From an uncultured bacterium (GTDB lineage: Bacteria > Verrucomicrobiota > Verrucomicrobiia > Verrucomicrobiales > DEV007): a stretch of 33,907 bases of DNA. The notes under the pieces were generated by a model, which saw only the letters and a list, made by a program, of their open reading frames with translations, did no database searches and was not told the DNA's origin. This document shows, piece by piece, positions 14,981-24,720 of this stretch; positions within the stretch are counted from its first letter, which is position 1; each line of letters opens with the position of its first letter. The DNA is taken from positions 1 through 33,907 of the forward strand of contig CAXBMO010000039.1 in assembly GCA_963977015.1 (NCBI GenBank). The letters run 5' to 3'. Position numbers and translations under genes: made by a program.

Positions 14981-17065
14981 CTACTTTGCCGACAAAACGA
15001 CATACTCCTCGCGGGACACGGTTCCGTCACCATTCTTGTCGAAGATCGCGAACCGTTTCTCCAAATTCTCTCCCGTTTGCCCGGTCAGGTACTCTTCCAA
15101 CGTGAGCAGATTATCCTTGTTCGTATCCCATCGATTGAAAGGAATGTTCCGATCGCGTTTCGGTTCCTCCGTTGACTTGGCAGGTTCAGACACGCCACCC
15201 GTCTCAGCACTGATCGCGGAACCGCTAAACGATTTTCCCTTGGCGACCACTTCGGGATAGCTCCGGAGAAACTGATTTTCATCGACGAGATTGAGGTAGT
15301 AGTGCGTCGTCCCCTCGGGCAGCTCGGCAGTGGCCCGGCCCTTTCCCTTCAACGTTGCGGCGGCGCGAAACCATTCTTCATAACGCTCACCGCCATTGAG
15401 CGTGTAAATCAAATTCGCGTGCGTGACCTTGGCCCCGTTCTCCCGAAACGTGAGTTCGACCGACTGTCCTTCCTGCCGATGAGCCAGCACGACGCAGACC
15501 TCGCCTTTGTGAGGTAACGAAGCGGTGGAATCCGGATGGTAATACGGAAAGCTGGCTTTCATCTCGCGAAGAACTTCCGTCAGTCGCTCGTTCATCTCCT
15601 GCGTTTTTTCCGGCATTGCCTCCGCCAGATTTTTCGACTCCTCGATATCGCCGCGCTTCTGCTTACCATCAACGGTTTCGTAAAGGCGAAACAGCTCCAG
15701 GGGACGGGTTGCCGGACTCTCCACGTGATCGTAATTCCGAACGAGCTTGTAATCGCCAATTCGGATCGTGCTTTCCATCGCCGAGCCATGCGGAAAATGC
15801 CAAACCATGGTGTCGCGCGGGGAACCGTCCGCCTCTTTCACGAACTGCGGATCCGTTGGATCCTGGTGCAGAAGCGGAAGCAGATCGCATCCATCCAGAT
15901 TCTTTTCCGCAGGCGCCGAGGTTCCGGTCATCGAAAGAATCGTGGGATAGAAATCGAGACCGTTCGCCATGACATCGGTCTGGACGCCTGACGGAATCTT
16001 CGGTCCGGTGATGATCAAGGGAACGCGGGTGCCGCCTTCCATCGCCGAAATTTTACCCCGATCGAGGGGGAAATTATCGGTATAGCGTTCCTTCGGCCCA
16101 CCTTCCATTCCGCCGTTGTCCGACGTGAAAATCACATACGTATTCTCGCTGAGCTGGTGTCCGGGCCAGCGCGGGTCTTCGGTTTCTTCGAGGTAGGACA
16201 AAACCTGACCAATGTAGTAATCCAACTCCTCAACCATCGCGCAGTAGAAGGGGTTCTTCTGCCCGGGTGTCTCTTTGGACGGCGTGTTGGCCGGATCGAT
16301 GCCAAGGCGCTTCGCGTATTTTTCCAGGCGTTCTTTCGAGCGCGTATGAATCGGCGAATGAACCAGCCAGGTCGCGTAATAGAGAAAGAACGGCTTATCC
16401 TTGTTCTCTCTGAGGAAGGTGAGCGCGTCTTCATTGGTCTGGTGAAACGGATAACCGTTCTCATCGAGGCGGTAGGGATCGTCCGGCGAATCGGTGGCAA
16501 ACCCGGTCAACCGGTCCTTCATCGCGCCTCGTGATCCGCGATCGGAGCGCGTCCAATCGAAACCGACATCCTTCGGCTGGGGAAACGCGTGGTGGTCAAT
16601 CGCGATGTGCCATTTTCCGGAATGTCCCGTCGTGTAGCCGTTTTGCCCGAGAACCTTTGCGATCGTCAACTCGTCCGCCGGCATTCTTCCGCTGTACCAG
16701 GGATCCATCATCCGGACGCTCTTGTTGCGGGGATGAGGAGGCGCACCACCCACAACGTGGGTCTTTTGCGCTCGGGCGGGATGATTGCCGCTCAGGATCG
16801 CGCAGCGGGACGGCGCACATGTGGGAGCTGGCGAGTATCCCTGCCAGAACATCACTCCCTTCTTCGCGAGTGCATCAATGAATGGAGTCTCCATCGGCGA
16901 CGGCTCGTCGATGTCATAACACTTCACGTCCTGCCAGCCGAGGTCGTCGGTCAGGAGCAAAATGACGTTTGGTTTGTCCGGCCGCTGATCCGCGAAACTG
17001 AAACCAGCGAAGGCGTTCGACAGCACTGCGACGGAGAGGAAGAGGGAACGAGGAAGACTGATCAT
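14981..17065 (-). CDS. Exported Cys-type (formylglycine) sulfatase with a C-terminal EF-hand pair
   Basis: 694 aa, signal peptide. Motifs PNVILLLTDDLGW, CAPSR (CxPxR), GKWH, SDNGG, EGGTRVP. EF-hand loops DTNKDNLLTLEE and DKNGDGTVSREE. Confidence 0.92.
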   Translation of the reverse strand: MISLPRSLFLSVAVLSNAFAGFSFADQRPDKPNVILLLTDDLGWQDVKCYDIDEPSPMETPFIDALAKKGVMFWQGYSPAPTCAPSRCAILSGNHPARAQKTHVVGGAPPHPRNKSVRMMDPWYSGRMPADELTIAKVLGQNGYTTGHSGKWHIAIDHHAFPQPKDVGFDWTRSDRGSRGAMKDRLTGFATDSPDDPYRLDENGYPFHQTNEDALTFLRENKDKPFFLYYATWLVHSPIHTRSKERLEKYAKRLGIDPANTPSKETPGQKNPFYCAMVEELDYYIGQVLSYLEETEDPRWPGHQLSENTYVIFTSDNGGMEGGPKERYTDNFPLDRGKISAMEGGTRVPLIITGPKIPSGVQTDVMANGLDFYPTILSMTGTSAPAEKNLDGCDLLPLLHQDPTDPQFVKEADGSPRDTMVWHFPHGSAMESTIRIGDYKLVRNYDHVESPATRPLELFRLYETVDGKQKRGDIEESKNLAEAMPEKTQEMNERLTEVLREMKASFPYYHPDSTASLPHKGEVCVVLAHRQEGQSVELTFRENGAKVTHANLIYTLNGGERYEEWFRAAATLKGKGRATAELPEGTTHYYLNLVDENQFLRSYPEVVAKGKSFSGSAISAETGGVSEPAKSTEEPKRDRNIPFNRWDTNKDNLLTLEEYLTGQTGENLEKRFAIFDKNGDGTVSREEYVVLSAK

Positions 17066-17106
17066 AACGTTTTTGATTATCAGGTAACAGTGGTTAAAAA
17101 ACTGAC

Positions 17107-20100
17107 TCAGAGCGCTTCCACCTCCGTGAAGTATGCTCCTCCGGCGTTGTCGTTTTCATCAAACAACCAGGTGTTCAGCTCGGTTTTTCCGGCAGGAAGA
17201 TCCATTTCAAAAACCACTCCCCTGCTGCCGGGCTCAACCATCGATTCCATCGCTTTCCCGGCAATCTCCACCTTGGCACGAACCGCGACGACGGGTTTGT
17301 CCGCTTGGCTCGGGAGTTGCCGCAGCGTAAGGCGATAGCGCCCTGCTTGCTTCACATTGACCTTCCAGGGACCGGTTACCCGGGGCAACCTTTTGATGCT
17401 CCCGAAATTCCACGGCGGATTGCCCGTCGGCATGTACCAATCTTGCGAACAAAGCACGGTTGAATTCTCGGTTTCGTCCCCGAGATCAATGGAAACCGGC
17501 GTCATGCGTGGAGAGACCGATTCCCAGAATGGCGGGTAAAGCGAACGGAGCGCCTCCACCACATCCGGATGGGTGGCCGAGACATCTTCGCGTTGAGCCG
17601 GATCCTTCCTGATGTCGTAGAGCTCCTCACCGTCAATCAGTCGCCATTGATCCTGCAAGACACAGGTGTATTCCCATTTCGCAGGTGCCCCGCGGAAATG
17701 CGGACCGCCCTGATACTGGATGATGTGGTGATCGCGATGAGCCGGGGCCTTTGAATCCTTCAATTGCGCGGCGAAGGAAATCCCGTCGGGTTGATGAGTT
17801 TCGGGAACCGAAATCCCGCAGAGCTCCGCCAAGGTCGGCAACACATCAATGTGAGCACTGATGGAATCGATATCGCGCCCACCAACAAGCTCCCCTTTCG
17901 GCCAGTGAATGAAGAATGGAACCCGATGTCCGCCTTCGTAGACTGACGACTTTTTTCCCCGCATTCCCGCGTTGTATCCCAGCTTCGCTTCGGATGTGAG
18001 CCCATCAAATTTCGCACCGTTGGCCGTTCCGTTATCCGTCATAAAAATGAGGATGGTGTTCTCGGCGAGTCCCAGTTTTTCGAGCTGCTTCCGGAGCAAC
18101 CCCACGTTGTGATCGATGTTTTCCACCATGCCGTAGAATTGCGGACCGCCGCCCCACTCGATGTCTTTCTTGTAGGGATCACTCCATTTCTTATCAACGA
18201 GGTAAGGACCGTGGGGCGCGTTGGGAGCGATGTAGAGGAAGAAGGGCTTTTTCTGGTTCTCTTCGACAAATCGCATCGCCTCGGCAAACCAGACATCGGT
18301 GCAATAGCCTTCGAATTTTTCGAACTTCCCGTTTCGCTCGTAGGTGTCGTCAAAATAGTCGTTTCCCCAGTAATCGGAGGCCTGTCCCACCCCGCCGCAC
18401 CGGTGCCAGACGACGTCCTGAAATCCGCGATCCTGCGGGCGATGCGGCGCGTTGTCGCCAAGATGCCATTTCCCGATCATCCCGGTGCGGTAGCCGTTCT
18501 CGGAAAAGACCGTCGCGATCGTCTTTTCATCCGTGTGCAGCATGGTCCGCCCGGAGCTCGTTCGATAGGCACCGGTTCGACCGGGATGACGACCCGTCAT
18601 GAGAGCGGCTCGCGTCGGTGTGCAAAATGAGCTGACGTGGAAATCGGTGAATCGAATCGACTCGGCATGGAGCTGATCGAGATTCGGGGTTATCACGACC
18701 GGGTTGCCGTGACAGGCGAGATCGCCATAACCTTGATCGTCGGTCATGATCAGAATGACGTTGGGTGGACCGTCGTTCCGCGCCGCCGATTTCTTGGCGG
18801 GCGAAGATGCCGCAACGGTCTCGACCGCAAATTCCTGAAACGCGGTGTTTTCATGATTGGAAGTCACCGGAGAAACCTGCCAAAGAATCCAACGAAACGT
18901 TCCGAGCGGTTTGTCATCGGCCGATCGGACGGAGCTGGCCAGAAAAATCCTGGAAGGCTGCCCCTTCGAACGAACCGCTCCCAGCAACGTAAACCGGGAA
19001 GCGTCTTCCCCATTCCAACCGGGATGCTCCGCCTCGTTGCTGCCATAAACCACAAAGTTCTGAACGCCCCGCCGGCTCGCCTGATTGAACGACCACGTCG
19101 TTATCGCCGAGACATCCTGGGAACTTCCAAGATCCATGAGATACGCGCCATCCCGAATCCCGTTCGCGAAAATCGGGCCGAACCCCTTTCCCAGTTTCCC
19201 ATCCGTCAGCGTGGCGATCGGATCGTTCTGGGTTGGCTTGCTTGCGCTGACTTTTCCCCGGCCCGCTTTCGGTGGAACGAGAACGTTGAATCCCTGCGGA
19301 GCATCGCTCGCCTCGAAAACCAATTTCCCTCCCAGGCCACGGACCGCGCTTTCCGAAACCGGGTGTTCATTCACTTTGTTGTCCGCCACGGCTTTCTTTT
19401 CCGCCACCACAAGGACGCCCTGCATGATCCGCCAATGGCCGGGAAAGGTGCAAATGTAAGGATAGTTTCCCGGTTCGGTCGGGGCGTTGAAAACGAGTTC
19501 CTCAGTCTCCTTGGGCGCGAGAAGCTTCGATGCCTGAAGAATCTTGTCGGAGCTTGGAAGGTAGCCTTTCGCCAACCCATCGGACCGGGCGGCAAGTTGG
19601 TCGGCCAGAGCGCCAATCTCGTCGGTGCTGCCGGGCTTGAGCAACACCCAGTTGTGCATCATGATGTCCGGATTCTCGAAGACGAGGCGAACCCTGCTTC
19701 CCGGCGTCACGCGAAGTTGCGTTGGGGCAAACTGAAGGCCGGCGGCGGCCTGGATGTGGAGCACATTGCCCCGCTCCGCAACGAGCTGATCATATTGGGC
19801 AGCAGAAGCCCGAAGACTGGCGAGATCCGTGGGATACTTCGCTCCACCCAGCGCCTGCCCGACCGGGTCATGGAGAAAAACGGGTGGCATGGTCTTGGAA
19901 GCGCGGCGCCCTTTCAACAACCGAATCTCGATCACGTTGAGGCCGGACGACAGTTCGACATTCACCTGTTGGTCGCCGCTCCAGAGGGAATCCTGGCTGA
20001 ACACGAGGGAATCATTGAGACGAATTTCGAGGCTCTTGTGGTTGATCGCGATGATCGCCGATTGCGGTTGCTCAGAGTGGACGAAGGTTCGAAACAGCCC

Positions 20101-22779
20101 GACTCCGGGAAGCTTCCCAACCCCCACCTGGAATTCAGCCGGGGCGCTTTCACCTTCCTTACCCAGCCAAAGCCAGTTGGTGAGCTGGGATTCCCCGGAA
20201 ACTTCGAGCACCGGCACGCTGCGCCCCTTGGCCGGTTCGATGCCGTAATCGAGAGTGGCGAGCGACGCCTTCACCGTCTCGTCCGTTGACGTGATTCCAG
20301 TAAGAACGGTTTCCACGTCCGGGAAACTCGGGCGGAGGTGCGCCACCGCGTCCACCACCTCAACCTGAACGCGCGGATGCGGATCATTGACGACTGAAGC
20401 CAGCATTTCCCGGACCCGGGAGAGCCGGTCCGCCTGCAGGCGGATGGCATGAACCGCAGCACTTCGATACCGCGGCGATTCTGACTTCAGCAAATGATCG
20501 ATCAGCTCTGGGCGGGTTTCGCCAAGCCCCTCACCAACGAAGACCGCCTCGAGCGCGGCTTGATCGAAATCCGGATCGGTTCGATCAAACTCCGCAATCC
20601 ATTGATCAACGGCCTTGAGCCCCGCCGCTCCGTTCCTGCGAAGCTCGATTCTTGCGTGATGCCGCACCAATTTTTGGGGATGTGTCAGGAGCTCACACAG
20701 CGCATCCACTTCCGCCCCTTCGATCTCCGGCCAATCGGTCACGAGCGGCTTCCCGGTATGGACCACCCTCCAGATTCTGCCGAAATCGTGATCCCAGTAA
20801 GGGTCGCGCATCGCGTGCTGCGCATGACCGATGATGGGGCTGCAGAAATCCGAGACATAAAGCGCGCCATCCATCCCGAACTCGACATCGGCAGGGCGAA
20901 AGGCGGCATTGGGGGACACCAGGATGGGAAGCGGATCAACCGGCGTGATCAATCCGCCGTCGCGGTTAAAACCCGTGAGCGTGACCGCATAACGTCCCAA
21001 CAGAGAAGCTGAGGCGACGCCTTGTTGATAGGCATCCGGGAAGTTGGGGCTCGAAACAACGGTGACACCCGATCCCTTCCCATAGCTGGCGACGTGCCCA
21101 TATCGGAACGGTTGATACGCGCCGAGTGGCGTCCAGATCAGAGGCGTGCCGTCGTAAACATGCCCGTCTCCATACATCTGAATGATATTGCCCCATCGAT
21201 CGAACGTCACCTTCCACGGATTCGGAGTGGTGTGTTGCCACTCGGTGACAATCTTCCCGGAAATGGGATCCAGTCGATAAGTCGTGGCATCGATCCCGCG
21301 ATGAACACCAAACGGCGTTTCCAATTGAGAACGGTGAAACACGCCATCACTGAAAATCACGTCGCCGAAGGGATCGGTCGCGATCATCCCACCATGATGG
21401 GAATCCGTCACATCGATCCCGCGAAGGAGTTCGCGTTTGGTGTCGGCCCGGTCATCCCCATCGGTATCCTGAACCAGCCAGAGGCGCGGTTGCTCCGAAA
21501 TGATGACACCGTCCCGATGAAAGGCGACACCATCCAAGGCATCGAGTCCCTCCATGAAGGGCGTCACTTTGTCCGCTTTTCCGTCGCGATCCGTGTCTTC
21601 CAGAATCAGGATCTTATCCGGGGGCGTTAACCCTGGAACGGTGTGAGGAAAGGACGGCATCGTCACGACCCAGAGACGGCCGCGGGCATCGAAGGTGATC
21701 TGCACCGGGTTCCGCAAATCCGGGAACTCTTCCTCCGAGGCAAACAGGTTGACCTCGAACCCCTCTGCCGTGGTGAACTCCGCCATCGATTCGGCGACCG
21801 TTTTCAGAATCCCTGTACGATCACCGTCACTGCGCCCTTTCCGCTCCGGCAATGGCGGAAGCGAGGGATCCGGAATCTCGGCAAAGGTCAGCCCGGGGTT
21901 TTGGGCGAGGTTGTGGACCACCTCCTCGGTGAGCCGAATCATCTCATGATAACGCGGCATCTCCTCGGCGTATTCCTGGGGCCGAGCTCGCACGCCAAAG
22001 TAGACCACCGCGTTCTTGGGTCGAACGACCTCCGCAACCCGATGATGTTTGGCTGACGCGGCCAACGCGACTTCGCGGAGATGATTCGCATCGGTCTGTT
22101 CCAGCCTGGAGGCACTGAGACCGCGAGCGATCAAGAGTTCCTCCGCCAGCGCCCGGGCGACAAGACGGTTGCCTCTCTCGTTGAGATGAATGCCATTGTT
22201 GGTTAGCCGAGCATCACCATCAGCATAGGCCTGTTCCGTCAGGGCAAAGAGATCGACGAAAGCCGCTTCATGCTCCTCTGCCAGTTCGGCGATCGCCTGA
22301 CTGTAGAGTTTCACATTCGCCTGACTGGTCTCGCTCGCCCCTTCAATCGCGATCGGAGAAAGCAATACAAAGCGCGCCCCGGAATGGATCCGGGAAAGCT
22401 GGTTCAGATGAACGGCGTATTGCTTCCGGAATTCCGCGAGCCCGGCCCTGCCCGCGAAGGATTCGTACAGACCGTAGCCGAGAACAATGGTGTTCGCGGG
22501 CCATTGATCGAGCAGGTTCCTCAGATGCTTGGCATAGCCTTCGAGTCGAAGACGATTCCCAACTTCATCGCCAGTCCAGGCGAGACTGCGAATCTTAAGC
22601 CCCGCGTCGGGCATGGCAATCTGGAGTCGCGCCTCCAACTCGCCCTGCTCGAGCAACCGCTCGACCATCGAGTTCCCGTAGAACAGAATGGTCGCTTCCT
22701 TCTCATCCGCCTTCGCATCGGCGTAACCAAAGAGAGAAGCCGCCAGTAAGCCGACGATCCAAAGGGTGTTTTTTTTCAT
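17107..22779 (-). CDS. 1890-aa exported fusion: SGNH-like domain, PVC-type beta-propeller, HEAT repeats, azurin-like cupredoxin, beta-sandwich and arylsulfatase
   Basis: Signal peptide. SGNH motifs ILFYGNSM...NGIHLN. Propeller motifs EGFEVNLFASEE, FDARGRLWV, FRPADVEFGMDGALYVSDF, FGRIWRV. Type-1 Cu motifs MHNWVL and CTFPGHWRIM (19423-19452). Sulfatase motifs PNVILIMTDDQGYGD, CTPTR, GKWHLG, TDNG. Confidence 0.88.
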   Translation of the reverse strand: MKKNTLWIVGLLAASLFGYADAKADEKEATILFYGNSMVERLLEQGELEARLQIAMPDAGLKIRSLAWTGDEVGNRLRLEGYAKHLRNLLDQWPANTIVLGYGLYESFAGRAGLAEFRKQYAVHLNQLSRIHSGARFVLLSPIAIEGASETSQANVKLYSQAIAELAEEHEAAFVDLFALTEQAYADGDARLTNNGIHLNERGNRLVARALAEELLIARGLSASRLEQTDANHLREVALAASAKHHRVAEVVRPKNAVVYFGVRARPQEYAEEMPRYHEMIRLTEEVVHNLAQNPGLTFAEIPDPSLPPLPERKGRSDGDRTGILKTVAESMAEFTTAEGFEVNLFASEEEFPDLRNPVQITFDARGRLWVVTMPSFPHTVPGLTPPDKILILEDTDRDGKADKVTPFMEGLDALDGVAFHRDGVIISEQPRLWLVQDTDGDDRADTKRELLRGIDVTDSHHGGMIATDPFGDVIFSDGVFHRSQLETPFGVHRGIDATTYRLDPISGKIVTEWQHTTPNPWKVTFDRWGNIIQMYGDGHVYDGTPLIWTPLGAYQPFRYGHVASYGKGSGVTVVSSPNFPDAYQQGVASASLLGRYAVTLTGFNRDGGLITPVDPLPILVSPNAAFRPADVEFGMDGALYVSDFCSPIIGHAQHAMRDPYWDHDFGRIWRVVHTGKPLVTDWPEIEGAEVDALCELLTHPQKLVRHHARIELRRNGAAGLKAVDQWIAEFDRTDPDFDQAALEAVFVGEGLGETRPELIDHLLKSESPRYRSAAVHAIRLQADRLSRVREMLASVVNDPHPRVQVEVVDAVAHLRPSFPDVETVLTGITSTDETVKASLATLDYGIEPAKGRSVPVLEVSGESQLTNWLWLGKEGESAPAEFQVGVGKLPGVGLFRTFVHSEQPQSAIIAINHKSLEIRLNDSLVFSQDSLWSGDQQVNVELSSGLNVIEIRLLKGRRASKTMPPVFLHDPVGQALGGAKYPTDLASLRASAAQYDQLVAERGNVLHIQAAAGLQFAPTQLRVTPGSRVRLVFENPDIMMHNWVLLKPGSTDEIGALADQLAARSDGLAKGYLPSSDKILQASKLLAPKETEELVFNAPTEPGNYPYICTFPGHWRIMQGVLVVAEKKAVADNKVNEHPVSESAVRGLGGKLVFEASDAPQGFNVLVPPKAGRGKVSASKPTQNDPIATLTDGKLGKGFGPIFANGIRDGAYLMDLGSSQDVSAITTWSFNQASRRGVQNFVVYGSNEAEHPGWNGEDASRFTLLGAVRSKGQPSRIFLASSVRSADDKPLGTFRWILWQVSPVTSNHENTAFQEFAVETVAASSPAKKSAARNDGPPNVILIMTDDQGYGDLACHGNPVVITPNLDQLHAESIRFTDFHVSSFCTPTRAALMTGRHPGRTGAYRTSSGRTMLHTDEKTIATVFSENGYRTGMIGKWHLGDNAPHRPQDRGFQDVVWHRCGGVGQASDYWGNDYFDDTYERNGKFEKFEGYCTDVWFAEAMRFVEENQKKPFFLYIAPNAPHGPYLVDKKWSDPYKKDIEWGGGPQFYGMVENIDHNVGLLRKQLEKLGLAENTILIFMTDNGTANGAKFDGLTSEAKLGYNAGMRGKKSSVYEGGHRVPFFIHWPKGELVGGRDIDSISAHIDVLPTLAELCGISVPETHQPDGISFAAQLKDSKAPAHRDHHIIQYQGGPHFRGAPAKWEYTCVLQDQWRLIDGEELYDIRKDPAQREDVSATHPDVVEALRSLYPPFWESVSPRMTPVSIDLGDETENSTVLCSQDWYMPTGNPPWNFGSIKRLPRVTGPWKVNVKQAGRYRLTLRQLPSQADKPVVAVRAKVEIAGKAMESMVEPGSRGVVFEMDLPAGKTELNTWLFDENDNAGGAYFTEVEAL

Positions 22780-22797
22780 ATCGGTTTTTTGTCAACT

Positions 22798-24654
22798 TCA
22801 GGGCGTCACCCACTCCAATTTCGAAATTAGATCTCGATGGGTTTCGTCCTTGAAATCCAGGGTGATTTTGGCAGCGCCGTCATAGATGGAGAAGGTAAAC
22901 GTGCTGATGTTCGCCCAATCCTTCATCGCGTACTTGTCGCCGTCCTTGAAGTCGGATGCGGCCAACAGCAGGGCCTCCTCCGGAATCGCCTTGCTGTAGT
23001 TCTTCGTGAACGCATAGCTGGCCTGCGGTTCACGAACACCGGTGAGGTATTTGTTCTTAGTGATGCGGAAGCGAAAACTCAGGCGCTCACGGGGAACCGT
23101 CGCCGCCACTTTGAGCCGGGCTTCCGGACCGGGAAGCGATGCACGCGGATCGCGGAACTTGTAGGTCGTCATGCCGCCGCCCGAGGGACGAAATCCCCAA
23201 TCGCGAAACCCCTCCGCCGCGAGGTCGGAAAAGACGGGTTGCGGTTTCGCCTCTGCAAAAAGACGATCCGCTTCGATCACTTCAGGAAAGTAGACTTCCT
23301 CGTTCGAGGTGAGGGTAAAGTTCTTGGCGACTCCCTGAAAGGCCTCGATCGGTTCTTCCAACGGATAGGCACAGTTCGCGAACACGAAGAGCGGGAGCTT
23401 TTCGCGGACCGGCAACGTTGCCGTCCAGGTTCCGCCATTCCTCTCCGCAGCCGCGTGGATCCAGAACCGGGACTTCGGGTTGGGGTCGTGACTGTAATAC
23501 ACATCCAACGCGGCGACCTCATCCCCGCGATCCGGCGTCACGGCGAACACCGCCGATCCATGCTCCGCATCCACCTTGAGTTCGGACGCCGCCGTTTTGG
23601 GAATGTCGATCGCCTCCCCTTTCAGATACTTGTCGAACCATTGATTGATCAGAATCCATTGCTCCGGCCCGAGGCTGTGACTGAAGTGCAGGTTCTGACT
23701 CACCCGCCAGTCGTCGTGAGGCAAGGCATCCATGCATTGGTAGATGAACTCAAACCGGGAGTGAAAATCGTCGCTCGCGCTGAGCAGCAGAACCGGACAC
23801 TTGGTGTGCGGATAGTAGGACTGCGACTCCATCGTCTTCGCGAACAAGACGACGTAATCCTTGAAGGCTCGGCCCATCCCGGAATTCGGCACGCCTGGTG
23901 AATCGGCCGTGATGAATCCCGCTCCACCGACCATCGGAACCACGGCCTTCAATCGCGGATCGATCGAAACATAGGAGGTGATGTTTCCCCCCATCGAATA
24001 GCCGGTGAAGCCGATCTTTTCCGGATCGACCTCGGGCTGTTGCTCGAGAAACGTGATCGCCCGTCGTCCCGCATAGGCGAGCAGAAACCAATTCCCGTTT
24101 CTCGGGCTGAGAACCGGATCGATGGTGTGTTCGTCAGGCAGGAAACTCAGCTTGGTTCCCTGCCGCTTGGCTCCGGGATAAAACTTCGGCCCCTGACTCG
24201 GATCAACCGCGCCCCAGTCCGTGTTCTTCTCAATTCCCTCGAGGATCTCCCGGCCTCCCCAGTTGAGATCGACCATGGCATAGCCGTGCTGCGCAAAATA
24301 TTTCCCGCGGATCACTTCGGCGCGTTGCCCCCCACCGTGCGCCCAGACCGCCGCCGGAGCGTACTTAGCTCCTTCGGGAAACGTGTAGAAGGCTGCGATC
24401 CGCGATTTTTCGCCTTTGAAGGTGCCGACGTTGAAGATCACGTAGCGACAAACGACTCCATCCTCCGTCCATTCCTTGACGACCTCCGTTTCGAGCGCGT
24501 CTTTGCGGGCATCGACCTCTTTCCACAGATCGTTGACGTTGTCCGGAACGTTTTCCGCCGTGTAGGGTGTGAAGGTATCGGCGGCACCTGCGCCAACCGC
24601 AAGCAGGCACAAAACCGAGCCGGCAAGGCCGAGGGAGTTTTTGAGGGGATTCAT
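22798..24654 (-). CDS. Exported alpha/beta hydrolase (dienelactone hydrolase / acetylxylan esterase-like)
   Basis: ATG 24654 gives a signal peptide (MNPLKNSLGLAGSVLCLLAVGAGAA); the alternative start is 24708. Motifs HGGGQ, QQPEVDPEKIG, nucleophile elbow GYSMGG, candidate Asp (SDDF) and His (HFSH). Confidence 0.8.
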   Translation of the reverse strand: MNPLKNSLGLAGSVLCLLAVGAGAADTFTPYTAENVPDNVNDLWKEVDARKDALETEVVKEWTEDGVVCRYVIFNVGTFKGEKSRIAAFYTFPEGAKYAPAAVWAHGGGQRAEVIRGKYFAQHGYAMVDLNWGGREILEGIEKNTDWGAVDPSQGPKFYPGAKRQGTKLSFLPDEHTIDPVLSPRNGNWFLLAYAGRRAITFLEQQPEVDPEKIGFTGYSMGGNITSYVSIDPRLKAVVPMVGGAGFITADSPGVPNSGMGRAFKDYVVLFAKTMESQSYYPHTKCPVLLLSASDDFHSRFEFIYQCMDALPHDDWRVSQNLHFSHSLGPEQWILINQWFDKYLKGEAIDIPKTAASELKVDAEHGSAVFAVTPDRGDEVAALDVYYSHDPNPKSRFWIHAAAERNGGTWTATLPVREKLPLFVFANCAYPLEEPIEAFQGVAKNFTLTSNEEVYFPEVIEADRLFAEAKPQPVFSDLAAEGFRDWGFRPSGGGMTTYKFRDPRASLPGPEARLKVAATVPRERLSFRFRITKNKYLTGVREPQASYAFTKNYSKAIPEEALLLAASDFKDGDKYAMKDWANISTFTFSIYDGAAKITLDFKDETHRDLISKLEWVTP

Positions 24655-24720
24655 TTTCGTATTCCGATCGGTCACGATCGAGGCGAACCAGGTCGCGGAG
24701 GTCGCCATTCCGTTGGGGGT

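Noticed and set aside
19400-19770. Cupredoxin as a built-in sulfatase-maturing (formylglycine-generating) enzyme
   Set aside because: The ligand set is a type-1 electron-transfer site, not an FGE-type sequence; nothing beyond the shared use of copper supports the idea.
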